Origin: a candidate division WOR-3 bacterium
GTDB taxonomy: Bacteria; Hydrothermota; Tepidihabitantia; Tepidihabitantales; Tepidihabitantaceae
Assembly (NCBI GenBank): GCA_965648905.1
Contig: CBFGIT010000005.1
Coordinates: 32,001 to 96,000 of the forward strand
Direction: 5' to 3'
Length of the DNA: 64,000 nt
Shown here: piece after piece, positions 52,142 to 62,501 of the stretch
How the letters are laid out: the number at the start of each line of letters is the position of its first letter
How positions within the stretch are numbered: the stretch's first letter is position 1
The notes under the pieces: model-generated
What the model was told of the DNA's origin: nothing
The model's database searches: none
What the model saw: the letters and a program-made list of their open reading frames with translations, nothing else
Translations under genes and position numbers: made by a program

Positions 52142-53710
52142 ATGATTGCATTGTTGCTCGCAGTTCAGGCGGTGACCGTATCGTCTCAGGTTGACTCGGT
52201 CGTGGTCTATCCGTATCAGGTGCTGGTGGTGCGCAGCGCAACGGTCAGCGTGTCGGGTTCAGGTGAGCTCTCCTTTCCGGGTCTGCCCGGCGGGCTTGAC
52301 GACAACAGCGTGCGGATTCGGGCCCGAGGCGTGCGTATCGGCGAAGTCCAGGTCAAGCCCGGGTACATGGCTGAGCCGACCCCGGAAGTCAGACGACTTG
52401 AAGCCCGGCTCAAAGAACTTGAGGACCAGCTCAAAGGTCTGGACGACGAAGCCGCAGTGCTGAAGGCCAAGGAGGATTTCCTCAACTCAATCAAGCTCGG
52501 CTCGCCGGAGATTATCGCCCGCGAGCTGCAGCAGGGCAAAGTCGCGCCTGAGTCGTGGCGTGGGGCCCTGGTCTTTGTCGGCGATGAACTGATGAAGGTC
52601 AAGGCGCGGGCCGTGAAGCTGGCCCGGGAAAAAGACGAGCTGGGCAGGAAGGTCGAAGCCGCCCGCCAGGAATACACGGCAGCCAAAGCTGCGGTCGAGA
52701 ACCGCAAAGAGGTCAGGTTCGACTACTCGGCTGAGCCGGGAACATACTCGGTTCAGCTCAGCTACGTGATTCAGAACGCCGCGGCCTGGACCCCGTACTA
52801 CGAGCTCAGGGCGCGTCCGGACGCGGCCAAGGTCGAGGTGAGCTACTTTGCCAAGCTGACCCAGCGCACCGGCGAAGACTGGACTGGAGTCAAGGTCGTG
52901 CTGTCGACCATGCGGCCTTCAGTTGGCGACGTTGCGCCTGAGCCGCGGCCTTGGTACCTGTCGTTGCTTGAGCCGGTTTCGACCCGGCGTCGGGCAATGA
53001 CGGAGGCGGCGCCGATGATGGCACCGGGCGGATACGCGGGCGGCGTGATGGACAAGCTGGCAGCCGAGGAAATCGAGCCGGTCGAGACCGGTATCTCGCT
53101 CCAATACGCGATTCCGGGCCGGGTCAGCCTTGCAAGCGGCGAACCGGCCAAGAAGCTCTCTTTGCAGCAGGTCAGCCTGCCCGCGGAGTTTGAGTACTAC
53201 TGCCTGCCCAAGGTTCGGGAACAGGCGTTCCTGACCGGCCAGGTTGCCAACTCAAGCGCGTTTGTGTTCCTGGCCGGCAGCGGCAACACCTATGTCGGCG
53301 ACGAGTACACCGGCTCGATCTATGTGCCTGCGGTTGCGCCCCAGGAATCGATTCGACTCAGCTTTGGCGTGGATGAGCGGGTCAAGGTCAAGCGCGAACT
53401 GGTGAAGAGCTTCAAGTCCAAGTCCGGACTCTTTGCCAAGACCGAAAAGGCGAGTTTTCACTACCGGACCACGGTTGAGAACTACCTGGCCAGGGCAGTA
53501 ACAGTCAAGGTCGTGGAACAGGTGCCGGTCTCGCAGCAGGCTGAGGTCAAGGTCAGCGTCACCAGAGTCGAGCCTAAGTTCCTCGAAGAAGACAAAGACG
53601 CAGGCACTTACACCTGGAAGCCGACGATTGAGCCTCGGGCCAGGTTCGAGGCGAACATCGAGTTCACGGTCGAATACCCGGCAGGCAGACAGGTCAACGG
53701 TTTGTACTGA
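52142..53710 (+). CDS. DUF4140/DUF4139 (MuiA-like) protein
   Basis: SQVDSVVVYP, coiled coil, AAWTPYYELRA, QRTGEDW..V...LST, SFGVDE. Confidence 0.88.
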   Translation: MIALLLAVQAVTVSSQVDSVVVYPYQVLVVRSATVSVSGSGELSFPGLPGGLDDNSVRIRARGVRIGEVQVKPGYMAEPTPEVRRLEARLKELEDQLKGLDDEAAVLKAKEDFLNSIKLGSPEIIARELQQGKVAPESWRGALVFVGDELMKVKARAVKLAREKDELGRKVEAARQEYTAAKAAVENRKEVRFDYSAEPGTYSVQLSYVIQNAAAWTPYYELRARPDAAKVEVSYFAKLTQRTGEDWTGVKVVLSTMRPSVGDVAPEPRPWYLSLLEPVSTRRRAMTEAAPMMAPGGYAGGVMDKLAAEEIEPVETGISLQYAIPGRVSLASGEPAKKLSLQQVSLPAEFEYYCLPKVREQAFLTGQVANSSAFVFLAGSGNTYVGDEYTGSIYVPAVAPQESIRLSFGVDERVKVKRELVKSFKSKSGLFAKTEKASFHYRTTVENYLARAVTVKVVEQVPVSQQAEVKVSVTRVEPKFLEEDKDAGTYTWKPTIEPRARFEANIEFTVEYPAGRQVNGLY

Positions 53711-53799
53711 ACCGGTGTGTTTCCCGGCCTGAGCCGGAACAGGCTGGGACGCACAGACAGACGGCAAGTGCCGAATCGGCAGGACTGCACGAGACGCCG

Positions 53800-54140
53800 G
53801 GCCCGGTTGCGCTGGCCTGCGCAGTACGTGACCTGACCGGCAAAACAAACCGCAAGAACCAAAGCCAAGACCGCGACCCAAACCGCGACAAGCGCCAGGA
53901 CAAGCGCCCGCGCAAACACCTAATCAACTGCCGACACAACCGCTCGGCAGTCTGCTCAAGCTGCTGCCCGACTTTCTGCTCGTGACACCGCACGCGGCTT
54001 CTGGCGCGTGACTGCTCAGGACAACGCTTCGGGCAATGCCTGAGAAAGCACATCCGGCATCAGGTGAAGCGAGACCAGAGAAAAGACCCGCACAACCGTG
54101 CTTCCAACCGCAAATCAAGATACTCCCTGGGGTACGGCCT
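53800..54140. repeat. Degenerate 12-nt-period intergenic array (array C)
   Basis: CCGCGACCCAAA/CCGCGACAAGCG/CCAGGACAAGCG/CCCGCGCAAACA/CCTAATCAACTG/CCGACACAACCG from 53871. Confidence 0.65.
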
Positions 54141-54379
54141 CTAGATGGCACAGGTACCGTGTAAGTCATTGCCATTGTGAGTATTAGAATCTGATAGCTC
54201 GTGCTGTGGGCAGTGCCCCGCTAACCCGAGCCAGAATCGAGCGGATAACAGATTGACAAGCAAGGCGTTACGCGCCCAAGGCAGGACTGCCAACCGCGGC
54301 TCGTAACCGTCAGGCAGGCGGTTCCCCAAAGCCTTTCTATTGTTGCTTCAGCCGGCCTGACCAGCGTCATTGTTCGAGT

Positions 54380-54690
54380 CGATTGTCTCGGCGATTCTTG
54401 GGACATGTCAGACATGATTCTCGGCGGAGATTCAGACGGCATCTGGCTCCAGACCCCTGTCAGAACGCGCCTTGGGACGCTGGCTGGCGCGGCAGCCGTG
54501 ATTGCAGTTGTCACACTGCCCGGCACTCCAACCGGCACTTCAGAAGGCACGACCAGCGGCATTTCTCAAGGCATGACCGGCAGCATTGTATAAGGCCCGA
54601 GAAGTGGCCCCGCCTTTGGCCGGTGCTGATTGTGCCGGAGCGTTAGGCGTGACGGTGTAAGTGGCCAATGCCCAATTGGTCGCAATGACG
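54380..54690. repeat. Degenerate 12-nt-period intergenic array (array D)
   Basis: ACTCCAACCGGC/ACTTCAGAAGGC/ACGACCAGCGGC/ATTTCTCAAGGC/ATGACCGGCAGC/ATTGTATAAGGC from 54525. Confidence 0.65.
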
Positions 54691-54704
54691 TCGAGCACCC
54701 TGGC

Positions 54705-57700
54705 CTACTCCTCCTCGAACTCGTGGGTGTCGAACTTCAATGTCCGGCAGTTTTCGGTGACGATGCGGACGGTCTTTTCCGGCACACCGTCAGGCACGGT
54801 GGCGCTGATTTCGAGGGTTACTTCTACGTCCGCACCATCGAGCGTCGTGATGTGCTGGAGCACTTCCTGGGCAATCTGGCCCGCATCTCGGGCCATCCTG
54901 GTCGGGTCAAGGCTGACTGTGGCGTGGAACCGCTTCGGCCTGGCCGCTGCCTTGGGCGGCTCTGGTTCGTCCGTTCCGCGACCAGTGCCCGGAGTCTGGC
55001 CGGTGCTGGTTCCAGTCACAGTGGTTTCGCCCCGCCTCCTTGCATCCTCGTCCAACTGTGCCTGCGCGATGTCCGGCTTGACCACGACGCTTGACTCGCT
55101 CGCAATCACCCGGCAGCGCGTACCTGCGGCCAATCCTGAGTACCGCTTTGTCCTTTCGTCCCAGTTCTGCGCGTAGGCGAACGTGTCAGTTTTCCAGGTG
55201 AGCTGGGACACGCCGTCGGCGATAGCTTCGAGCAGAACCTCAGAATCACGCAGCCGGGGCAGATACAGATATCTGGCAAAGTCTTCGGCCAACTGCCGGA
55301 CACTCACATGATTCCCCCGCCACAGCGGGATGCGGTCAAGTTCGATGCGCAGGCGCGTGCCGCCCATTTCAGTGAGCATGGCCTCGTCCCGGACAAGTCG
55401 TTTCGAAGCCCGGGGCCCAAGAGAGTCCTGCGCCTGCAGTCGGACTTCCTGCCATTCTACCGGGTCCTTTGGGTCTTGCTGGGTCGGCACGAGCAGCCAT
55501 TGGTAAGTTTCGGGCAACCGTACTTTGACCGTTTCCCGCGCCCGTTCGAGCTTGGTCTCGACCTGGCGCAACTGGAACTGGTCGAGGTTCAACTCCTCGC
55601 GGTCACGACTGATTGACTCCCATGCCATGACCTGCCTGACTGCTGTCTCAAGGTCCTGAAGCTTGACCGCGTCCGGCGCGAGGAAGACGAGCGTGTTCTT
55701 GTATTCGCGCGGGCCGTTGCCGCACTTGTCGAGGATGGCCGCAGCCTCCTTGCGGGCCGGGCTGTCCTTGACCTTGGTTGAATGGGTGTATGCCGGGCCG
55801 AGGATGACCAGGCGGCAGCCTTCTTCGTCCGGCACGTCGGCGCTTGAGACGCAGGCGTGTACCCGGACGAACTCGCCCCGATGCCGTGCGTCAGTCTTGA
55901 GCAGTTTCTCGATTTCGGCGTGGACGTCTTCTTGTTTCTGCTGTCCGGCCCGGTCCTCAGCCAGACGCGCGACCGTGGGCTGCAGCGAGTACCAATGGCG
56001 GCTGCCGTCGACATAGAGATACGTCGCCCGGTCGGTCAGACGCCGGAGCGCGTCGCCAAAGATTGCGGGGCTTTCGCCCGGCTGGGCACAGCCGAGCCTG
56101 ATACGCCGGTCGTCGATGCCCTTGTTCGGGGCCTGCGTCAGCGGTGCTGTGCCCAGAAAGATGGTCCGGGCAACGCGGCGGCAGGCCGAGTAGCGACCGA
56201 GGTCCGTGTTCTCGCCGTCGAGAGCAAGCGGTTGCGAGTGCGTGCCGTCGACGTCGTTGTCGATGACCGCGTCCCATTGCTGCTCCAGATAGCGGGTCAG
56301 CTCTGACTTCACGACCGGGTCATCGATCGGAGCCGTGGCGGGCATGATGAGCAGGTTCGGGTCGTGCCTTTCCCAGAGTGTGTGGATAACCGAAGCCATC
56401 AGGCGCAGGACTCCGCGGGTGCACTGGAACCGGTCGAGCGTGGACCAGTCGTTGTACAGCCGGTTGAACAACTCCGGGTGTATCGGATAGGCTGCAATAA
56501 TATCCCGCTCATAGGCTGCTTCGCGGCAGTAGGACGGAAACTCCTGAGGCTGGGCCCGGTACATCTCGGAGAAGGCGCGGGCGACCGCATCGCGCATCAC
56601 AGCCTGGTCCCGGCCGGTAATCGGCTGGAACAGCCGGCGCCGAACAATCTCGAACCCTTCTACCTGACTGGCAGGATGCCACGGCTCTTCGACCCGCTGG
56701 AGCGCGTGCTGCAGGCTGTCGATTGCCCGGCGTCCCTGGTCCCCGCCGATTTCGTTCTCTGAAGCAGGCACGCTGACCACAAGCATTGTCTTGTCCACGA
56801 CCTTGGCTGCTTCGCTCAATGCCTGGGCAAAGGTAAACTGTACGTCAAATGTACCAGCGGGCAGGTCGGCGTCGTCGTGCAACTGCCGGGCATAGGCAAT
56901 CCACTCGTCAATCAGGATGAGGCAGGGCGCGTACCTGGCAAAGAGCTTGTGCAGGGCATCGCCGGGATTGGTGGCGGTCTTGTCCGCATCAGCGACGAGC
57001 TTGTACCCCTCCTTGCCGCCCAGTTGCCAGGCAATTTCGCCCCAGAGCGTGCGGACGATGGTCCCGTCTGGTTTCTCGTGCTTCTTGCCCGGCGCAATCT
57101 TCGTGCCGACGATGACTGCCCGCTTCACGTTCTTCGGCAGGGTCAGGCCTGCTTCACTCAGGACTGCATCGATTCCGGGCAACTGCGACGCGGCCACGCC
57201 GGAGAACAGGTGATACAGAGCCAGTAAGGAGTGGGTCTTGCCGCCGCCGAAGTTGGTCTTGAGACGGACAACCGGGATGCCGGTGCCGCCGCTCAGCCGC
57301 CTGACCGCGGGCAGAAGCAGGCCGGTCAGGCCCTGAGTCAGGAACGTCCGGCGGAAGAACTCGGTCGGGTCCTGATATTCGGCCGACGCCTGATTCTGAT
57401 AGACCTGCCAAAGGTCGGCAGCAAACTCGGCCTTCTGGTAGTTGCCCGAGGCAACATCCGGGTGCGGGGTGACGACCTCGCGCCACGGCTTCAGGCCGGC
57501 CAAAGGCGTACCACTGATAGCCATCTCCGTCTGGCGCCGCGTTGCGCTCCGGCGCTGTTCGTCGAACTTCACCCGCAGCACTTCATCGCGCTGTTTCTCC
57601 ACTTCGGCGGCCTGCTCGGCGGAAACTGCCTGCAGCAGCCGGGCAATGCTGTCGAGCGCGCGATAGGTATCGTCGTAAGAGAAGGTGTCCTGGTGCGCCC

Positions 57701-57989
57701 ACTTGATTCTCACTTCACGCAACTCGCTCACCAGCGAGCGCTCGGCATGGCCGAGCACCCGCTTGAACACCTTGTTCCAATGGTCCCACATCACAGCCAG
57801 CAAGGCCTGGGCGTCCCACTTTACGCCCCGGTCTTTTTTCGGATACTGGTCCTCGTGCAGGGAGTCCTTTGCGAACTCGACCCACGAATCACCCAGCACT
57901 GACCTCATCTCGCGCTCGACAAACGGCGCAAGCCCTGCGACAAGCAAGTCCAGGGCTGCGCCGACTCGCTGCTGATTAGTCAAAGCCAT
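54705..57989 (-). CDS. DUF499 AAA+ ATPase with N-terminal Swt1-like HEPN domain
   Basis: VRIKWAH (Rx4H), PWREVVTPHPDV, EFAADL, TNFGGGKTH, LILIDEW, YPIHPELF, FQCTRGVLRLMA. Confidence 0.92.
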   Translation of the reverse strand: MALTNQQRVGAALDLLVAGLAPFVEREMRSVLGDSWVEFAKDSLHEDQYPKKDRGVKWDAQALLAVMWDHWNKVFKRVLGHAERSLVSELREVRIKWAHQDTFSYDDTYRALDSIARLLQAVSAEQAAEVEKQRDEVLRVKFDEQRRSATRRQTEMAISGTPLAGLKPWREVVTPHPDVASGNYQKAEFAADLWQVYQNQASAEYQDPTEFFRRTFLTQGLTGLLLPAVRRLSGGTGIPVVRLKTNFGGGKTHSLLALYHLFSGVAASQLPGIDAVLSEAGLTLPKNVKRAVIVGTKIAPGKKHEKPDGTIVRTLWGEIAWQLGGKEGYKLVADADKTATNPGDALHKLFARYAPCLILIDEWIAYARQLHDDADLPAGTFDVQFTFAQALSEAAKVVDKTMLVVSVPASENEIGGDQGRRAIDSLQHALQRVEEPWHPASQVEGFEIVRRRLFQPITGRDQAVMRDAVARAFSEMYRAQPQEFPSYCREAAYERDIIAAYPIHPELFNRLYNDWSTLDRFQCTRGVLRLMASVIHTLWERHDPNLLIMPATAPIDDPVVKSELTRYLEQQWDAVIDNDVDGTHSQPLALDGENTDLGRYSACRRVARTIFLGTAPLTQAPNKGIDDRRIRLGCAQPGESPAIFGDALRRLTDRATYLYVDGSRHWYSLQPTVARLAEDRAGQQKQEDVHAEIEKLLKTDARHRGEFVRVHACVSSADVPDEEGCRLVILGPAYTHSTKVKDSPARKEAAAILDKCGNGPREYKNTLVFLAPDAVKLQDLETAVRQVMAWESISRDREELNLDQFQLRQVETKLERARETVKVRLPETYQWLLVPTQQDPKDPVEWQEVRLQAQDSLGPRASKRLVRDEAMLTEMGGTRLRIELDRIPLWRGNHVSVRQLAEDFARYLYLPRLRDSEVLLEAIADGVSQLTWKTDTFAYAQNWDERTKRYSGLAAGTRCRVIASESSVVVKPDIAQAQLDEDARRRGETTVTGTSTGQTPGTGRGTDEPEPPKAAARPKRFHATVSLDPTRMARDAGQIAQEVLQHITTLDGADVEVTLEISATVPDGVPEKTVRIVTENCRTLKFDTHEFEEE

Positions 57990-57992
57990 AGA

Positions 57993-60881
57993 TTACTCCT
58001 CTCCGAACAGCCTGCCGGTCTCAGCTCGCCGGCTCGACTGGGCCAGCTCCAATATCTCAGGCCAGGCGATGACAAGGCTATTGTATGCCAACGCCTCTTT
58101 GGCCCACTGCTTTCGCTCGCAGATAGAATACAGCCGGTAAGCCAGCGCCCGCGCTTCCTCGCTCTTGCCCGCGCCCAGTTTGGCTACCAGCGCGGCCGCG
58201 GCCTGCCTGCCACCCTGCTCCAACGCCCGAATCAACTGCTGGGTGCACTCCCAGACAGTCAGACGCTTATCCTGAACAGGGTCCCAGTCCTCGGGCAACT
58301 CATCGCGCTCGAGCAGTCGCACTTTGCCCGCCTTGGCGACAAGGACTCCGGCCTCTGCCAGCCCGTTCACCGCGGTATTCATCGCCCGGGCCAGCACGTC
58401 GGCCTGACCAAACTCGCCTTCGTCCATTCCATGCTGGCCGAACCACGCAACGCAGAACCGTGTGTCCCTATCCAGCTCGCCCTCCTGCTCGGCAAGATAG
58501 GCATCAAGCTCCTGATTGATTATCTGCAAAGCGGTGCGCACCGACATCGGCCCGCCATCAGCCTCAACCACCTTTGAATACCGCGAGAACACGGCCATCC
58601 CCGGCCCGATTGCGGCCTGCGCGAAGTCCACGGGCGCGACATTCCCCTGCTGCAGCTTGGCCAGGGCGTCCGGCAGTTCCTTCTTCAGCCTTGCGCCAAA
58701 CTCCTTCCGCGTGGCAATCGGCGCATCTGAAGGACGACGACGGCAGACAAGGACGATGCTGGACGCAAGTGCATTGGAGTTCTTCCCGACAAGACGGCGG
58801 TCTAGCTCAGTCCGCGTCGGCCATGTGCCGGTCACTGCGAAGCCAGCCTGCTTTGCAGCATCGAGAAACGCGTCCCATCCTGTACTGGCAACGCCCTCAT
58901 CGCCTTCGCTCTCAGACTGCTTAAACGCGTAGTAGATTGTAACCGGGAACGCGGGATGCGCCTGTTCGGCCAGACGGTGCATCGCCTCGGTCATTCCATC
59001 GAGAAAGAACGCCTCCGCCTTGTCCTTACTCCCGTGGCGGTAGGGCGTGGCGACGAGTTCTTCCGCCTTGGGCACGGCGAGGGTGGCGAACAAGTCAGGA
59101 AACACCGGCTGTAGCGAACGCCGCAGCCAGACGTAGAAGAAGTCGGACAGGTCGGCGTAACCTATGTTGTCAAAGTACGGCGGGTCGGTTGAGACTACCC
59201 TGAAGTTCTGTGGAACGTACGACTGTGCGACAGCCTGCGCCGCGTGACCGGCCCAGGTGGACTCTGTTCCCTGAAGCCCGGTGGCGATCGACGTGATGCC
59301 TCCATCAAAGTTGCCACTTGAGTCCGAAAGTGCATTTGTCTCAGCGAAATCCCAAACCATGGGTATGGCCTGTCTGCCGAAGGTATTGCGAGCGTGTTCC
59401 CTCAAGGTAGCCCACGCGCAGATTGTGGAGTTGCGGTCTGCGAGCTTGTCTACCGCAAGTGCAAGATACACCGCGACCGCGTCGGCGTAGGCGGTTGCGC
59501 CGGTTCCGCCGTCGCGCAAGGGGACGCCGTCATCGGGCAGGCCGGCGATTACTGCGTCGCGCTTCGCCATCTCGCGTGCTTCCTGCACCAAATCCGAAAA
59601 CGTCGTCAGGGCAACAAGCTGGCGGGGCGTGAAGAGGTCGGCGAAAGTCTCCATGCCGTAGAGCGGCATCTGATCGCGAGCCTTGCCGTGCAGTGGTGCC
59701 TCCGGCTTCCACGCCGGCTGAGCACTGTGCGGCGCAGCCTCGTGCTCAGGCGTTGGCGGCAGGTACACTCGTCCACGATTGCCTTCGGCTACGATGGCCA
59801 TCAGCCGCGCTCCCATACGCCCGGCTCTGCCTTCGGCTTTGATGTAGTCGCCTGCAATCACTGAACCCGACATCAAGCAGCGGAAGTTGGCGCCGCGCGC
59901 GAGTTTGGTCCCATTCTTCGCCGCCTCGGCGTCTTTGGGTCTGCCGACCTTCACCGTGAAGCGGTAGCCGTTGCCTTCTATCACCGGCTCGACGTAGGCT
60001 TCTTTGCCTTCTCTGGTCGAGAGCATGAAGGTCGAGACAAGTGGTACGTCTATGTTCCTGAAAGCGGGATTGGGACTCTTGACCGTGCGTGCCCAGAGCC
60101 AGGCGATGACCGTGAGTTCCTTGCCAACATATTGCTTCAGATCAGGCCGGTCTTTGGCCATTTCGGCCGTGACCTTTACCTTTGGGTAGAGATGACCGAT
60201 TCGCTTCTCGGCCTCGTCCCGCATCCACTGGCCGTAGTAGCGCACGTCTTCGGCAAGGCCCTGCGCTCCGCGCCAGGTAGACGTGATGTGCGCCCGGCGT
60301 GCCTCAGGGTTCACCGGCGGTCTGCCTGCGAACCTGGGCGGGATTTCGATCATCGCCTTACAGATAAGCACCGCGACTGGGTTTAAGTCGCTGGCATAGG
60401 CTTCAAGTCCGAGCCGCTGCGCCTCAAGCGGCAGGGCACCGCCGCCGGCAAAGGGGTCGTGGAAGGCGGGAAGTTTGTCCGGGTTGAAGAGCTCCTTTGC
60501 CCGCAGATGGTTGGCGTTCTCGGCACAGGTGCGACGCCAGCTTTGCCTGATTTCCTCTCGCGCCCGCTCCAGCACGGTCTCATTGGTGGTGTTCTCCCAC
60601 AGCACGAGGTCCTCTATGATGCGGAAGAGCCGCTCGCGTTCTTTCTCCTGTGCCTTTTCGGTCGGGAACAGGTCAGGCCAGGCCGAAGGGTCGTCCACCA
60701 TCTGCGCAAATATCACGGCCCGCGCCGCAGCCAGTGGACGGCGTGCCCACCAGAGATGGAGCGTGCTTGGGTGTCCGTGGCGAATGGACTTTTCTCGCGC
60801 TGAGGCCTCGTTGATTGCCTCAAGCGGCAGGGCGACTTCGATGAGCTTCTTGCGGTATGGCAGGGTAGGGTTATCGCTCAT
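57993..60881 (-). CDS. DUF1156 DNA adenine methyltransferase
   Basis: [31 protein letters not shown] (SAM binding), TDPPY (catalytic). Confidence 0.93.
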   Translation of the reverse strand: MSDNPTLPYRKKLIEVALPLEAINEASAREKSIRHGHPSTLHLWWARRPLAAARAVIFAQMVDDPSAWPDLFPTEKAQEKERERLFRIIEDLVLWENTTNETVLERAREEIRQSWRRTCAENANHLRAKELFNPDKLPAFHDPFAGGGALPLEAQRLGLEAYASDLNPVAVLICKAMIEIPPRFAGRPPVNPEARRAHITSTWRGAQGLAEDVRYYGQWMRDEAEKRIGHLYPKVKVTAEMAKDRPDLKQYVGKELTVIAWLWARTVKSPNPAFRNIDVPLVSTFMLSTREGKEAYVEPVIEGNGYRFTVKVGRPKDAEAAKNGTKLARGANFRCLMSGSVIAGDYIKAEGRAGRMGARLMAIVAEGNRGRVYLPPTPEHEAAPHSAQPAWKPEAPLHGKARDQMPLYGMETFADLFTPRQLVALTTFSDLVQEAREMAKRDAVIAGLPDDGVPLRDGGTGATAYADAVAVYLALAVDKLADRNSTICAWATLREHARNTFGRQAIPMVWDFAETNALSDSSGNFDGGITSIATGLQGTESTWAGHAAQAVAQSYVPQNFRVVSTDPPYFDNIGYADLSDFFYVWLRRSLQPVFPDLFATLAVPKAEELVATPYRHGSKDKAEAFFLDGMTEAMHRLAEQAHPAFPVTIYYAFKQSESEGDEGVASTGWDAFLDAAKQAGFAVTGTWPTRTELDRRLVGKNSNALASSIVLVCRRRPSDAPIATRKEFGARLKKELPDALAKLQQGNVAPVDFAQAAIGPGMAVFSRYSKVVEADGGPMSVRTALQIINQELDAYLAEQEGELDRDTRFCVAWFGQHGMDEGEFGQADVLARAMNTAVNGLAEAGVLVAKAGKVRLLERDELPEDWDPVQDKRLTVWECTQQLIRALEQGGRQAAAALVAKLGAGKSEEARALAYRLYSICERKQWAKEALAYNSLVIAWPEILELAQSSRRAETGRLFGEE

Positions 60882-60884
60882 GGC

Positions 60885-62498
60885 TCAGGGCCTCCATTTC
60901 GGATGAGTTCTGAGTGCTGGCTTGGTCGCGCCGCGCTTGGCCGGTTTGTGTTGGGTTTGGCCCATTTGTGGCCCATTTCGCGGAACTGACGGACGAGCCA
61001 TTTGAGCCATTTGTGAGCCATTTCCTGGATTGTGTCCGGCAGAGCCATTTGAGCCATTCTTGAGTCGTTTCTTCGGAACACGGTAGGCGGAACCGCGTCC
61101 GGCTCCGACCGGCTCCAGCAACCCCTTGTTCACCAAATCCTCTAGGTCACGCTTGGCCGTTGGCCGGCTCGTATCTGCCGCCTCCTGGTATCGGGCGTTG
61201 GTCAATCTGCCCTCGGTCTTGGCCACCGCGATCCCTTTCATCTGGCGTTCGTTCAGCCCGGCGGCTTCAAGCACTTCGGTGGTCAGCCAGTCACGCCACA
61301 TGGTCTGGATGAACTGGCCGCCGTCTTGTCTGAAGTCGGGCTCAGGCAGTTCGGCTTTGCGGCAGAGGTCAATCATGTCGAGGATGCCGGTGCCCGCTTT
61401 CTCGATGTAGCGGACGAGATAGAGCGGGTCGGCAATCAGCGGGTTGCGGGGAATCGAGGCATGAGGCTTGCGCAGGAGCTCGGGCGTGAGCGCGGGCGGC
61501 AGTTCACCGGGATTCCAGACTTCGAGCCGGTCAGCAAAGAGCATCACCTGGACACTGGCATTCGAGCTGTAGTCGCGGTGCGCGACCGCGTTCACGATGG
61601 CCTCAGCCACGGCGTCGCGCGGCAGTTCGTAGGTGACCGGGGCCTGCGGTCCGGCTGCGCGCGTGCCGACCGTGCGGGTAATCCTGGACATCACGAAGTC
61701 GACCGCCTGGTCAACCAGCTCGAACACGTCACCCCGGTACACCTGGTAGGACGGAATCGGTTTGCGGACCTCGGTCCCGTGGAAGTGCAGGCATTTTACC
61801 TCTGACGTAATCAGGAATCGCTGGGGCTGCCTGCTGAAGAGGAGCACCGCGGCGCGGGTCGGCCGGTCTCCGTCGAGCAGGTTCATGTGAGCCAAAGCGT
61901 CCGGCAGCGGCGTCCCCGGTCCGAGTGGATATCCGCGGGCGCGCTGCGCCCGCGCCAGGAATCCGGCGACCTTTTCCTCAGCGATGTCCTCCAGCGACGC
62001 ATCCGGACAGGCGGTGGCGTCAAACGGCCGCTGGCTGATTGCTCCCTGCTCCAGCAGGTACGTGACAAGGCTGGCGTAGACCAGTCGGTTCAGGTCGGCA
62101 GTGCCGACAAACCTGCGTCGGACAAGTTGCTGCTCGGCCTTGCGGATGAGCTGGAGCATCTTCGGCTCACGCACCGAGTCATCAGACCCCTTCACGTAGA
62201 CGAGTCGGCACTTGCCCTGCTCGGTTGCCCGGTCAAATTCGCGCTCGGTCGCGGACAGCCCGTCTTCGCCTGCGGCTCCGTACTCATTGCCGAACAGGCC
62301 GAGGTACACGTCGCACCGGTCCACCTCAGTCAGGTACACCGCGCGCGCCACGCGGCTCCCGGCCGGCTGCTCCTCGAACAGAAACAGGTCGAAGAAGCGG
62401 CCGAGCAGCGGGTCACCACGCAGGTAACCAGCCAGCGCCTCACGTTCGGGCTTCATCTCTTTCTGGACGTTGCTGACGAAAATGCGCAGTCTCTTCAT
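60885..62498 (-). CDS. DUF4062 + ATP-binding (RecG-C/HATPase_c_4) + wHTH accessory protein
   Basis: IFVSNVQKE...ER, SATEREFD, EAIVNAVAHRDY, NPG, PRNPLIA, IEKAGTG, TAKRDLEDLV. Confidence 0.85.
   Translation of the reverse strand: MKRLRIFVSNVQKEMKPEREALAGYLRGDPLLGRFFDLFLFEEQPAGSRVARAVYLTEVDRCDVYLGLFGNEYGAAGEDGLSATEREFDRATEQGKCRLVYVKGSDDSVREPKMLQLIRKAEQQLVRRRFVGTADLNRLVYASLVTYLLEQGAISQRPFDATACPDASLEDIAEEKVAGFLARAQRARGYPLGPGTPLPDALAHMNLLDGDRPTRAAVLLFSRQPQRFLITSEVKCLHFHGTEVRKPIPSYQVYRGDVFELVDQAVDFVMSRITRTVGTRAAGPQAPVTYELPRDAVAEAIVNAVAHRDYSSNASVQVMLFADRLEVWNPGELPPALTPELLRKPHASIPRNPLIADPLYLVRYIEKAGTGILDMIDLCRKAELPEPDFRQDGGQFIQTMWRDWLTTEVLEAAGLNERQMKGIAVAKTEGRLTNARYQEAADTSRPTAKRDLEDLVNKGLLEPVGAGRGSAYRVPKKRLKNGSNGSAGHNPGNGSQMAQMARPSVPRNGPQMGQTQHKPAKRGATKPALRTHPKWRP
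60959..61070 (-). repeat. AAATGG(CTC/GCC) short repeats in the 3' end of the DUF4062 gene
   Basis: Plus strand: GAGCCATT x5 (60995, 61004, 61015, 61042, 61051) and GGCCCATTT x2 (60959, 60970). Confidence 0.8.
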
Positions 62499-62501
62499 CG
62501 G

